The notes under the pieces were generated by a model, which did no database searches, was not told where the DNA came from, and worked only from the letters and a program-made list of their open reading frames with translations. Made by a program: the position numbers and the translations under genes. DNA of 64,000 nucleotides from a virus. Its lineage: Duplodnaviria; Caudoviricetes. Location: IMG/VR virus record IMGVR_UViG_3300028410_000746. One strand, written 5' to 3'. Below, in pieces: positions 1 to 9,226 of this stretch; the stretch's first letter is position 1; the number at the start of each line of letters is the position of its first letter.

Positions 1-1917
1 GTTCGTGATCGCCAGACCTCCAGCTCGAAGATCAAGCACGAGGTCTCCCGCGACGTTCGTATCCCCCACGCCCAAGGTGACGGAGTACCAACCGGGAAGC
101 GCCGCGTCGTCCAGCTCCGTCAACGTCGTGTTGACCGTGTTGACCGCCGAAGCCCCCGCCTTGAACAGAAGGCTCGTGAGGGCGGACCCGCTTACGCCCG
201 TGTTCGGCTCCCCGTCTCGGGAGAGGTAGAGCGTAGACACGTGCTCAGTCTCAATATCCAGGACGTACCCAGGACGCTGACGAGACAGCTCCGCTCGGAG
301 CGTGCCGATCACCGTATCAAGGGCGCTTGCCGGCTCCAGCTCCACCCACAACCTCGCCGCGTCGAAGTCTGCCGCCTGCTTACCCAGCTCCAGCCTGTCA
401 CCTGTGTTCGCTTGCGGCAAGAAGACCGCCGAGTCTGCCACGTACGTGTCCTGAATCGTCAGGCCAATCGCGGCCGCCTCAGGAGGTACGCTAAAGGTCG
501 CGCCCGCGTCATTGGTGTAAATGAGCGTACCCGACTCGCCCACCACATACGCCTCAGTCGCGCTGACCATGTGCACGCCGGTCAAGGCCTGAACCGTGCC
601 CGTGTTGGCCGTCACGTCCGTCCAGTTGTCTCCAGTATCGGTCGTGTAGATCACCGTTCCGTTGTCGCCCACCGCGAATCCCGAACCCGAACCCGGAAAC
701 AGATGCACGGCTCGAAGGCCGTCAACAGCCGGGAGGACTGAGGGTGCAACCAGAGCGAACCCTCCCGTAGCGCGCCGGACATACGCTGCGCCGCCGCCCG
801 TCTCCCCAACCAGCACGATCGAGTTGGAGGTAGGCACGTCCACGTCATAGACCTCAATACCCACGTGCGTCGAGCTGGCGGACAAGATCGGGGAGAAGAA
901 CGCCCCCTGATAGAGAATCCCATCGCCCCCGGCAGTCTGGCCGATCACGAAGAAGGCCGTACCTCCCGGCTGAACCGCACAACGCCGCGTCGTCGTGAGG
1001 GTCGCGGGAGCAAAGAAATCAACAGCCTCCGTCCAGGTCTCCCCGCCGTCTTCCGTGTAGTACGCAAATCCCAGGTCGCCGTTTGACTCCCACGCCGCGA
1101 CCACGATGCGGTCCGGATCTTCTACGTCACCAGCTACACCAGAAGGCCTCTTCGTGAAGCCGCCACCCGATCGAAACTCGATGTTGGTGAAGGTATCCCC
1201 ACGGTCCGACGAGAAGGCCACCTGATCCGTATCAAAGAAGTCCGTCACCCAGACGTCCACGGCATTGCGCGTACGGGAAGCCGCCCACACCGACGTTGCC
1301 GAGGTCAACGAGTAGCCAAGGTCCACCAGATCACGTGGGATCGGGTTCAGTGGCCGCACCTGCGTCACGACCGTTCCCGGCTCCTGCGTGAAGGCATCCC
1401 CCAGGGTCACCGTGTAGAGACCCTGACCCACCTCAGTGAGCGAGTCGAACACCGTGTTGACCGCCGACGTGCCGTTGATTACGACGTCCGTTGACACGGA
1501 GGCCCCCGTAAGGCCCGTCACAGCCGTCCCATCTCTTACCAGGGGTACGAGCAAGGTCAGCTCGCTGCCGACCGTCTCCGAGCGAGTATAGAGGCTCTCA
1601 CCCCCTGCGACGGATGCCCCGATCTGAAGCGTTTGCGTGTACTGCGCCACACCGGAAGCGCCAACCTCCGTGATCACAAAGGTGAACTCCCCTCGCGTGT
1701 CGAACTCCAGAGCGGTAAACGCCACCTCATACACGCCGGGCATGTTGGTCGCGTCCAGCTCCGCGAAGTTGTCGGAGGTGAGCGTCTTTTCAACGGGCGA
1801 GCCCGCGTCTTTGCGGTAATAGAGGGCAACGTCTGCGGCCACCAATCCCGTCAAGGGGGCGCCCGCCGCGTCGACGAGTAGCATGGACACCGTGTCAGCG
1901 GAGTTGAGCGCGCGCAT
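1..1917 (-). CDS. Virion structural protein, 3'-truncated at the window edge; Ig-like repeats plus BNR/Asp-box beta-propeller
   Basis: Hand translation gives an open frame from ATG 1917 (RBS GAGGA) to the edge. Asp-boxes FSSDRGDTF, YTEDGGETW, YTTDTGDNW, YTNDAGATF. Absent from the ORF track because it has no stop in the window. Confidence 0.75.
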   Translation of the reverse strand, partial: MRALNSADTVSMLLVDAAGAPLTGLVAADVALYYRKDAGSPVEKTLTSDNFAELDATNMPGVYEVAFTALEFDTRGEFTFVITEVGASGVAQYTQTLQIGASVAGGESLYTRSETVGSELTLLVPLVRDGTAVTGLTGASVSTDVVINGTSAVNTVFDSLTEVGQGLYTVTLGDAFTQEPGTVVTQVRPLNPIPRDLVDLGYSLTSATSVWAASRTRNAVDVWVTDFFDTDQVAFSSDRGDTFTNIEFRSGGGFTKRPSGVAGDVEDPDRIVVAAWESNGDLGFAYYTEDGGETWTEAVDFFAPATLTTTRRCAVQPGGTAFFVIGQTAGGDGILYQGAFFSPILSASSTHVGIEVYDVDVPTSNSIVLVGETGGGAAYVRRATGGFALVAPSVLPAVDGLRAVHLFPGSGSGFAVGDNGTVIYTTDTGDNWTDVTANTGTVQALTGVHMVSATEAYVVGESGTLIYTNDAGATFSVPPEAAAIGLTIQDTYVADSAVFLPQANTGDRLELGKQAADFDAARLWVELEPASALDTVIGTLRAELSRQRPGYVLDIETEHVSTLYLSRDGEPNTGVSGSALTSLLFKAGASAVNTVNTTLTELDDAALPGWYSVTLGVGDTNVAGDLVLDLRAGGLAITN

Positions 1918-1994
1918 AGATGCGTTCCTCGTGGGGGGTGCAGAAAGAGGACCCGGAGGTCCTCACTCGCTTTCCCCCCGCTATAAGTGGATTC

Positions 1995-2453
1995 TCACCC
2001 CCAGCACACCGACTCCCAACCCTCCTTCTGGGCGCGGGCCACGTAATCTCGAATCTCGGAGACTCGACCGTGGAGGTAGCCCGCAGGCCGGAGCTGGCGA
2101 AGGACCGAAGCACCCCGCACGATCTCGCTCACGCCGTCCGAGCGGACCTCTACGCGGCGAGGACCCATCTCAACCGAACCCTGTATGGCCGGGTCCTGCT
2201 CACGGCTCAGAAACCGCATGCACGCTCTCCGGACGCGGGGGTAATCCTCCGGGCCCCAGGACCCGCCGTACTCGCTCGGCTCTCCGAGGCACTGGAGCAA
2301 CTCCAGTGCGTTGGAGTTGGACATCTGGATGTCCTCCTGAAACTCGATGCGGTCGACGCCGCTGCCGTCGCAGTGGCGGCAGGAAGGCCTGTCGCAACAC
2401 TCGAACTCCTCAATCTTAACCGGCGCATCGTTGGAAAAAAAGCTGATGGACAT
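1995..2453 (-). CDS. Hypothetical protein (CxxCxGxG motif)
   Basis: ORF behind its own promoter/leader module. Confidence 0.6.
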   Translation of the reverse strand: MSISFFSNDAPVKIEEFECCDRPSCRHCDGSGVDRIEFQEDIQMSNSNALELLQCLGEPSEYGGSWGPEDYPRVRRACMRFLSREQDPAIQGSVEMGPRRVEVRSDGVSEIVRGASVLRQLRPAGYLHGRVSEIRDYVARAQKEGWESVCWG

Positions 2454-2551
2454 GAGGTGCCTCGTGATCTGGTGCGCCGTTTCGGCGCGGTGTGTCGTTG
2501 TCTGTCTCGTCTCTCACCTCTCATGTACCACAAGGGGTGGAGAGCGTAAAA
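2454..2551 (-). promoter_or_regulatory. Repeated early-type promoter plus leader, module 1
   Basis: TTTACG-N17(ends TGTGG)-TACATG, then GAGAGGTGAGA..GACAC..hairpin..RBS. Confidence 0.7.
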
Positions 2552-2647
2552 AGAATCTCAGAAAGGCCGCAAAAAAGATCACGCAAGAACGAAGCGACCC
2601 CCTCCCCGCAATGGGTGAGGGGGTCGGTGAGTCAGCTCAAGAGAGGC

Positions 2648-3064
2648 TCAGGAGAAGTGGGTTCCGAGGACCTCAGGGTTGATGCGGACCCCGTTCGAGC
2701 CCTTACCCTTCAGGCTCTCATCGGCTCGGCACTCGCGGCACCAGCTCTGGAGGTAGGTCTTGCCCCGAGCCTTGTAGAACCGGAGTCCGAAGGTCTCCTT
2801 GATCCCCTGGAGACCTTGAGCCTCCAGTCCACAGCAAGGGCAAGCGTGGACGATGTTCTCCCAGGGCTGGAGCCTTCCGACGAGACCCCTGTGGTCTCCG
2901 CGCGTCACCTCCGGCCAGCGGCTCACCAGGAGGTCGTAGAGGCTGCTCACCGCCTCCTCAGGGATCTCAGGGTTGGCGTGGGTCCAGCAGGCGATGAAAT
3001 CTTTGCGGAGGTTGAGGCTCTTGGCGTTCTTGAGGCTCTTGGCGGCGGCGTTCTGGACTTTCAT
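2648..3064 (-). CDS. Hypothetical protein, putative Zn finger (CPCC...CREC)
   Basis: ORF behind promoter module 2. Confidence 0.6.
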   Translation of the reverse strand: MKVQNAAAKSLKNAKSLNLRKDFIACWTHANPEIPEEAVSSLYDLLVSRWPEVTRGDHRGLVGRLQPWENIVHACPCCGLEAQGLQGIKETFGLRFYKARGKTYLQSWCRECRADESLKGKGSNGVRINPEVLGTHFS

Positions 3065-3155
3065 GACTTCCTCTCTTTCGTGTTGCGCCGTGATCCGGCG
3101 CCGTGTCTCTCTTGTCTCTCACCTCTCATGTACCACAAGGAGTGGGGAGCGTAAA
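3065..3155 (-). promoter_or_regulatory. Repeated promoter plus leader, module 2
   Basis: Near-identical to module 1. Confidence 0.7.
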
Positions 3156-3182
3156 AAGAATCTCAGAAAGGCCGCCGAAATC

Positions 3183-3770
3183 TCAAACGTGGGGGTCCTG
3201 CTTGATGACCGCGCCGCTGAAGCCCAGGCCCGAGTAACGGATAGCCTTGATGCTATCACCCTTGGTGGCCCATCCACGCTGGCCGTTGCCCCGCTTCTGA
3301 CGTCGGGTCCAGCACTGAGCGGGGATGTCCTCAAGAGCGACGCCCTCCTCCAGGGCCTGACGCGCCGATCGGAGGTCCGCAACCCAGATCTTCTTCTGCG
3401 AGTCTACCTTGGTGATGATCGCTCCGTAGGAGTCCCCCTGGACGTAGCGGGAAATCTCCCGACCCGCCTTCAGGATCGGGACGATCCTGATGTCCCTCAG
3501 CGCCAGGAAGTTGGAGCCGACCGCTTCTGCCAGCTCCTGGAAGCCAACGTGCTTCCAGGAGCTGCTCATCCAGTCGAAGAGGACCGAGAACTCCGCCGTT
3601 CGGTGGTCCATCCCCTCTTTCTCAGCCAGGATGCGGCCAAACTCTTCAACGGCTATCTTTTGAAGGTCTCGGCTCTCAAGTTTTACCAGGAGGCCTCTGA
3701 AGGCGAAGTTCTCCCGGTCACCGGACCGGACGTCTGCGAGGAAGCTGCGCATCTCACCGTAATTCGACAT
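3183..3770 (-). CDS. Hypothetical protein
   Basis: ORF behind promoter module 3. Confidence 0.6.
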   Translation of the reverse strand: MSNYGEMRSFLADVRSGDRENFAFRGLLVKLESRDLQKIAVEEFGRILAEKEGMDHRTAEFSVLFDWMSSSWKHVGFQELAEAVGSNFLALRDIRIVPILKAGREISRYVQGDSYGAIITKVDSQKKIWVADLRSARQALEEGVALEDIPAQCWTRRQKRGNGQRGWATKGDSIKAIRYSGLGFSGAVIKQDPHV

Positions 3771-3888
3771 TGTTCTCTCCTGTATCGTGGTGCGCCGTTG
3801 GGGCGTGGTGCGCCGTGATCCGGCGCCGTAGTGTGTTGCTCTCTCTTACACACTCTATATACCACAAGGGGTAGGGGTCGTAAAAACT
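3771..3888 (-). promoter_or_regulatory. Repeated promoter plus leader, module 3
   Basis: TTTACG-N17-TATATA; leader with repeated CGGCGC motifs. Confidence 0.7.
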
Positions 3889-3924
3889 ATCTCAGAATAG
3901 TTACAGAACCGGGAAAGCACCTAC

Positions 3925-3956
3925 AAAAAAACCTCCTCGCAGGTGAGCGAGGAGGT
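3925..3956 (-). terminator. Intrinsic terminator
   Basis: 10-bp stem ACCTCCTCGC/GCGAGGAGGT followed by a U-run on the minus strand. Confidence 0.75.
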
Positions 3957-3980
3957 CGGGAGTGTTGAAGGAGAGGGCCG

Positions 3981-4370
3981 TCAGCGTGCGTGGTTCACGT
4001 TGACGTAGAAGTTAACGTGGAAGTAGTCGCTCGCCATGTCCGAGCCGTCGAAGTTGTAGGCCTTGGCGATCGCCTCCAAGGCGGCATCCACCGCTTTGCG
4101 CTGGTCGGAGTAGACACTCTCGACCCGGTACATGGCCTTCTCCATATCGGACGCCTCGCGGCGCAGCTCGTAGGCGTACTCCTTGACCTCGATGCTGAGG
4201 CTCTGACCCCCTGAGTAGCGCTTGATGCGCACGCTCGCCTTGATCTTGGGGAGGTCCCCCGCCTTGACGGCGGCCTTGATGTCCTGGCGGACCTTCTTGG
4301 CGATCTCGGAAATGTCAAGGCCCTGCTCGTACTTGGAACCGTAAGCGACGGAGTAATCAGGAGCGTGCAT
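3981..4370 (-). CDS. LPD29-like (large polyvalent protein-associated domain 29) protein
   Basis: AKKVRQDIK..SVRIKRYSGGQSLSIEV..SDMASDYFHVNFY matches the LPD29 pattern as recalled. Confidence 0.65.
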   Translation of the reverse strand: MHAPDYSVAYGSKYEQGLDISEIAKKVRQDIKAAVKAGDLPKIKASVRIKRYSGGQSLSIEVKEYAYELRREASDMEKAMYRVESVYSDQRKAVDAALEAIAKAYNFDGSDMASDYFHVNFYVNVNHAR

Positions 4371-4463
4371 CGTATCCTCTCTTTTCGTGTTGCCCCGTAT
4401 CGGGGCGGTGTGTCGTTCTGTCTCTCACCTCTCATGTACCACAAGGGGTGGAGAGCGTAAAAA
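4371..4463 (-). promoter_or_regulatory. Repeated promoter plus leader, module 4
   Basis: Promoter core identical to module 1. Confidence 0.7.
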
Positions 4464-4502
4464 CTATCTGAGTTCGTCACGAAAAAAAAAAGACCCCAGA
4501 CG

Positions 4503-4544
4503 CACGAAACATCCACACTTCTCAACAAGTGTGGATGTTTCGTG
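4503..4544. terminator. 17-bp perfect inverted repeat next to an A-run; probable terminator
   Basis: CACGAAACATCCACACT / AGTGTGGATGTTTCGTG. Confidence 0.5.
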
Positions 4545-4558
4545 ATGTCGAAGGGGTA

Positions 4559-4882
4559 TCAGGAGCGGGGGGTCGGACGCGGCCGCGCGAGGAGCCTCTC
4601 CATCACAGCATCGTTCTGAGCGGCCCGACATTGCGCCTCAACGCCCTGGAGGCCCCAGACTCGACCCAGGACCATGAGAGCCTCACACCACTCCTGAGGC
4701 GTCTCAGGAGCGCGACCACGGCCCTTCTCGAAGGCCACCCGCACCTGACGGTTTAGCCGGGGAGAGCCGACCCACTCCAACCGGGCGAGTAGACCCGCCT
4801 GAACCTTGTAGTAGGCCCGAGCCTCCGCGTCGTCGGCGGGCGCGGTGTAGTCGAGCTTGGCGAGCTGTGCGTCGTAATCCAT
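4559..4882 (-). CDS. Hypothetical protein
   Basis: ORF downstream of a promoter copy at about 4920-4953. Confidence 0.55.
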   Translation of the reverse strand: MDYDAQLAKLDYTAPADDAEARAYYKVQAGLLARLEWVGSPRLNRQVRVAFEKGRGRAPETPQEWCEALMVLGRVWGLQGVEAQCRAAQNDAVMERLLARPRPTPRS

Positions 4883-4960
4883 GTCCTGAGCCTTGCCGTT
4901 AGGTAATGAAGGTGACTACCTTCCATATACCACAACGCTGGCTAGACGTAAAAAGAAAGA

Positions 4961-5266
4961 TCAGGTAGGCAGAAGCTCGCGGCGCACAAGATCCTCTTCC
5001 TCATCCAGCGTCATGACGAATGCAAGGTAATCCTTGTACTGGGCGTCTGTGATCTCATAGCTACGAGTAGACCCACCCACGCCGATCACGTGCAGATGGT
5101 GTGACGGACTCCCAGGGACGTAGGTGACCACCACCCCCTTGGGAATGAGCACGAGGGTGGAGTGCGTGTCGCTCTCGACGAGCGTGATCACGATCACCTC
5201 CTCTCCCACGTTCTCCCAGACAGGGTGATCAAAGTTGGGCACTTGCGCCCATTGCAACGTGTTCAA
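4961..5266 (-). CDS. Hypothetical protein
   Basis: Tiles the minus-strand operon. Confidence 0.5.
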   Translation of the reverse strand: MNTLQWAQVPNFDHPVWENVGEEVIVITLVESDTHSTLVLIPKGVVVTYVPGSPSHHLHVIGVGGSTRSYEITDAQYKDYLAFVMTLDEEEDLVRRELLPT

Positions 5267-5463
5267 AGCTCAACCTCCTTCCAACTGGCGGTACGGCGTG
5301 GAGGGGTCTCAGGCTCCTCACAGGGACGAGCCCAGATGAAGTACGGACCAAAGCCCGTGACTACGCTCTCACGATCATTCACAAGCACAAGATCCCCCAC
5401 TACAAGGTCTGTGTTCGTGACGCGCTTCCAGTTCTCGGGAGTGTCAAGGTGGTCGAAGAGCAT
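5263..5463 (-). CDS. Hypothetical protein (start MLFDHL)
   Basis: RBS GGAG; stop overlaps the next start. Confidence 0.5.
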   Translation of the reverse strand: MLFDHLDTPENWKRVTNTDLVVGDLVLVNDRESVVTGFGPYFIWARPCEEPETPPRRTASWKEVEL

Positions 5464-5495
5464 GGATTCTCCTTTCGGATTGGGTAAATTCACAC

Positions 5496-6086
5496 CTACT
5501 CTATACCACACGACGGGCTCCTCGTAAGAAGTTCGCCGTCTTTTATCCGAGACATGGCCCAACCGCCCTTCGGCGCGCGCACGACCTGGAAGCGGTACGG
5601 CGTGTCCGGGAACGCAAGCTCAACCCCCTCGTCGAGGTCCCGGATGTGGATGTACAGATCGCCTGCCGCGTTGAACCACCGGCGCGTCTGGTCCCACCTT
5701 GGGTGAATCCGATCGTACTCCTTGAGGTTGCCTTCTTCGAGGAGCTGCTCCGGCTCTTCCATGATCGCGTACCACGGCCGGGAGTAGCGCACAGGGGGCG
5801 GGTACGGAAAGGGCTCCTTGCCCGACCGTAGACGCCTCAAGAGTGCCGAGTGTTGTGCGTCGGTCACCAGACGTCCAACGGTGTTCGGATACTTGCCCTC
5901 AGGCCCACCGGGTCGGCAGGCCTCAAAACGGACCCGAAGCCACGTCAAGACGTGCTCGACCTCTTGCCCCTCGTAAGGGCTGAAGAGGTCGCGCAAGAAA
6001 GCCTCACGTCTCGCCGGCGTCTCGGGGATGGCCGTGTGGCTGCCGACCTCATCCCGTATCTGACTGTAGTTCAAAGGAACCTTCAT
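5496..6086 (-). CDS. Hypothetical protein
   Basis: ATG immediately follows the TAG of the upstream gene, in frame. Confidence 0.55.
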   Translation of the reverse strand: MKVPLNYSQIRDEVGSHTAIPETPARREAFLRDLFSPYEGQEVEHVLTWLRVRFEACRPGGPEGKYPNTVGRLVTDAQHSALLRRLRSGKEPFPYPPPVRYSRPWYAIMEEPEQLLEEGNLKEYDRIHPRWDQTRRWFNAAGDLYIHIRDLDEGVELAFPDTPYRFQVVRAPKGGWAMSRIKDGELLTRSPSCGIE

Positions 6087-7097
6087 CTAATCCTCCGGGA
6101 CGTCTAAAGACCTCAAGTGTTCCACAGCCTCCGCCCTCTTGGCAAGCAGGTACTCATCCTTGAGCTGCTGGGTTCTCTTCTCCTGGCGAGACCACGCGTC
6201 GACATACTCGAAGTCCTGATCACTTACAGCCGGAAGCGCCTCGAACCGAGGGGACGCCTCAAGACCGGCGAGACGTTCTCCAAATCGCGCTGAGAAGGTC
6301 TCGAACAACTCACGCGCTTCCTGGCGCATGACCGCCTTGTGGCCACACGTGGAAGCCAAATACAGCGCCTCATGGGCCAGAAGAAGCCAGTCGTCTTGTA
6401 TGTCTTCGGGGATCAACTGAATGCTCCCACGAAGACTGCGCAAGGGGAGCGGCTGCCCTTCTCCGAGAGACCCTCGATCTGCTTCCAAGCGCTCCGCTGC
6501 CCAACGCCCAGCCTCCCGACGGGCTCGGCTATGAGCTACGATCTCTTCGCCCACCATAAAAGGCTCCAGCTCCTCCCAGGTCCCAGGTAGAGCGTTCTGT
6601 TGATACAAGGCTTCGCATACGAGGTCGATCTCCTGAAGCAGAGCCTCAGCAGCAGAAGGCTCCGATTCCCCGCCTCCAACATCCGGAAGGTCCGACCAGT
6701 GCAAGTCAGGCCACGTCACGATCTGACCATCCAGCCACGCGTATCCCGTACCCGAGCTAAAGAAACAGTCAGACAGAACGCTCCAGCGGGTGTGGTACAG
6801 ATCACCATACTCGCGGTAGCACCACTCAAAGAGGCGCTCTACAGTGCTGTCGTACAACCCCTGCTGGTGTTCCCGGACGAAACGTCTCCCCTTGGCCAAG
6901 GCGACCTCTTTCGTGGGAGACATGCGACATGCTGCCTGGACATGGGAGCCCTGACGTGGGATCTGCTCGATATACGAGGACATCCAATTGACACCCTGAG
7001 GGTAATCAATACGAATGCAACACTGCCACGCCTCACCAAACATCCAGCACGCGACCTCATATCGGCCCTGCGTGAATTCTTCCCGCTCCTCACTCAT
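6087..7097 (-). CDS. Hypothetical protein (start MSEERE)
   Basis: Start overlaps the upstream stop; ends in TAG. Confidence 0.6.
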   Translation of the reverse strand: MSEEREEFTQGRYEVACWMFGEAWQCCIRIDYPQGVNWMSSYIEQIPRQGSHVQAACRMSPTKEVALAKGRRFVREHQQGLYDSTVERLFEWCYREYGDLYHTRWSVLSDCFFSSGTGYAWLDGQIVTWPDLHWSDLPDVGGGESEPSAAEALLQEIDLVCEALYQQNALPGTWEELEPFMVGEEIVAHSRARREAGRWAAERLEADRGSLGEGQPLPLRSLRGSIQLIPEDIQDDWLLLAHEALYLASTCGHKAVMRQEARELFETFSARFGERLAGLEASPRFEALPAVSDQDFEYVDAWSRQEKRTQQLKDEYLLAKRAEAVEHLRSLDVPED

Positions 7098-7351
7098 CTC
7101 ATTATCCCGAGCTTGGCATAGGCCTTGAGGGCGCGTTGAAGGCCGTCGGCTCGGTTGGCCGTGCCGGGCTTGGACGTGTGCACCTCCATACCCCTCATGC
7201 AAATTGCGTAGAACGGAAGGCCCGACCAGGGGCTCTTGGACTCCTGGAGCAACTCACACCTCCAGACCTCCGCGCCATCATCGAGATCTCGAATCTTGAC
7301 CGCTTTGAGGTCCTCGCGCTGGTCGATACGCGACTCTATCTTGTCTGCCAT
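7094..7351 (-). CDS. Hypothetical protein
   Basis: Tiles operon. Confidence 0.5.
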   Translation of the reverse strand: MADKIESRIDQREDLKAVKIRDLDDGAEVWRCELLQESKSPWSGLPFYAICMRGMEVHTSKPGTANRADGLQRALKAYAKLGIMR

Positions 7352-7353
7352 GT

Positions 7354-7776
7354 TCAGCTCTCCTCGGTAGGGTCTACCTCCCTCAAGGATACAGCGCGTT
7401 GGGCCCGGAGGTCAAGCACCCTGCGGTGCTCTGCCTGGAGCTGCTCGAACGCAGACCCCACCTCCTCTGACTTGGATTTGCGACGTTGGTATTCCCCCTC
7501 ACGACGCGCCTTTTCAACCTCCACGTCTTCTACGGCGCGGTCGATGGGCTTGAGCCGAGTGGCTTGGGCCGGATTACTGCACGCATGCAGCGCCACGCAA
7601 AGCTCCCCAAGGAGTCTTCGATGGTGCGGCGAGACCTCCAGCTCTTTGGTTCCCAGGACGTTCAAGAGCATGTGGACGTAGTTGAGCGCCTCGTCGCCCC
7701 GGATGTAGACACCCGACCAGTCCTCTCCAAAGCGAATCGCTCCCGTCTCCGCGCGCCACAGCGTGTCGTCACTCAT
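7354..7776 (-). CDS. Hypothetical protein
   Basis: Tiles operon. Confidence 0.5.
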   Translation of the reverse strand: MSDDTLWRAETGAIRFGEDWSGVYIRGDEALNYVHMLLNVLGTKELEVSPHHRRLLGELCVALHACSNPAQATRLKPIDRAVEDVEVEKARREGEYQRRKSKSEEVGSAFEQLQAEHRRVLDLRAQRAVSLREVDPTEES

Positions 7777-8122
7777 TGGACGGACTCGTAAGGAGGTCGA
7801 GCGAGGCCGCATCACGCTCTCGACGCTGCTGCTCCTGATAAGTCTTGGACAGCCTCATCCAAACCCAGGCCGGGGTGCGTGTGGCCACTTCGATACGACT
7901 GGCGACCTCTTGAGTAAAAGGCTGCGCATCCGCCAGAAGCTCGCGCAGATACGCCAGATCAATCTTGGTCAGATCGGCCAGTGTCTCTTCTGCGGTACCG
8001 GAGGACTCCAGCCATATCCGAAGAGCCTCTCCAGGGGAGGTGAAGCCTCCCGGCGTGTAACTCCGCGACTCGTCACGATCTTCGTGCTGTACGAACCCAT
8101 TGGAGCTAATCTTCTTGGTCAT
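7769..8122 (-). CDS. HigA-like Xre-HTH antitoxin-family protein
   Basis: SPGEALRIWL..ETLADLTKID..LL....FTQEVASRIEVATRTPAWVWMRLSKTY fits the HigA pattern. Confidence 0.6.
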   Translation of the reverse strand: MTKKISSNGFVQHEDRDESRSYTPGGFTSPGEALRIWLESSGTAEETLADLTKIDLAYLRELLADAQPFTQEVASRIEVATRTPAWVWMRLSKTYQEQQRRERDAASLDLLTSPSNE

Positions 8123-8822
8123 GTCCGTCTCCTGATTCGGCCACGTCTTCACGTGTCCACATCCACTGCAACTGATAGAACCCGCCGTCGCTTTCGCGGC
8201 GCTCCGCTTCTGGCTCAACCCACGCGTCGGCGTGCTCTCGAACCTCGATCTCCAGGCCGGGAGCGTTGCGGTAGAACCAGGAGAACATCTCATGGCGCGT
8301 TGTCGTATCCGCCATCTCCAGACGTACCCCGTAGAGGGTCTCTCGGAGGCTCCTCAAAGGAGTACCATCCGGCACCACGACCGTCAAGATGAGTTCAGGT
8401 TCTCCATCCTCCGGGCCCACCTGGAAGGTTCGACGTATACCGAGAGCCAGGGAGCCAAAGGCGGCGAAAATGCGACGCGCGGCTTCAAGGTCCAGGCCTC
8501 CAAACCCTTCCTCAGCCCATCTGAGGTGCGCGTGCGAGGTCTGTGCTTTGAGGACCGCGAGGGCTCCCAGATCTACCGCGTAGCTCTTGCCCCCAGACTC
8601 GATGATCCAGAACTGATTGGTCGCCTCATCGTAGGTCCACGTCAGCTCCGGATTCAACTCGACATCACGCACAGAAAACCTCCCTTCAAGCAGCTCCTGC
8701 CGTCGAGGCGGCCCCGTGAGGGCGTGAGCCCTGGCGACACGGCGGCGCTTATAGACGTCAGCACAGGACAACAAAAAGATGAGCCCCACCCACACGATAC
8801 CGAGTAGATAGAGGCCCATCAT
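8106..8822 (-). CDS. Hypothetical protein with N-terminal TM helix
   Basis: Hydrophobic N-terminus. Confidence 0.5.
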   Translation of the reverse strand: MMGLYLLGIVWVGLIFLLSCADVYKRRRVARAHALTGPPRRQELLEGRFSVRDVELNPELTWTYDEATNQFWIIESGGKSYAVDLGALAVLKAQTSHAHLRWAEEGFGGLDLEAARRIFAAFGSLALGIRRTFQVGPEDGEPELILTVVVPDGTPLRSLRETLYGVRLEMADTTTRHEMFSWFYRNAPGLEIEVREHADAWVEPEAERRESDGGFYQLQWMWTREDVAESGDGHDQED

Positions 8823-8838
8823 GACAACACCCTACGAA

Positions 8839-9108
8839 TCAGCGCTCCAGGGAGTCGTTGACCTGCGGAAGAAACTTCGTGTGCAGGTCGCGCTCCACAA
8901 GGAGCCGCAAGACGTCCGCCGCACAGGAGATCACGGCATAGATGTCCTTGGTTTCGAGCTGCGGCATCTCGTACAGGATCTGGTCGACAGTCCACCCGCT
9001 CGACAGCAAAGAGAGCAAGAACTCCACGCTTATGCGAGTTCCTCGAACCGTCGGTCGCCCTCCCATGACTGCTTCGTTTGATACAATACGTGTCCGCCAG
9101 TCTATCAC
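8839..9108 (-). CDS. DUF433 domain protein
   Basis: RIVSNEAVMGGRPTVRGTRISVEFLLSLLSSGWTVDQILYEMPQLETKDI; GTG start with GAGGT RBS. Confidence 0.85.
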   Translation of the reverse strand: MIDWRTRIVSNEAVMGGRPTVRGTRISVEFLLSLLSSGWTVDQILYEMPQLETKDIYAVISCAADVLRLLVERDLHTKFLPQVNDSLER

Positions 9109-9226
9109 GGTACACCTCGGAGGCAAGAGTGAGCACGGCTCCTCCAGGTCTCCCATAACCCCCAGCTTGTATCCTCACTCTGACCCGCCCGCACGCGTAC
9201 GCGCATCACCAGAACACGACGTACAG

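Noticed and set aside
1647-1656. Self-target of the sequence after the solitary repeat (CCACACCGGA also at 11957-11966)
   Set aside because: Only 10 identical nucleotides, which is plausible by chance in 64 kb of high-GC DNA.
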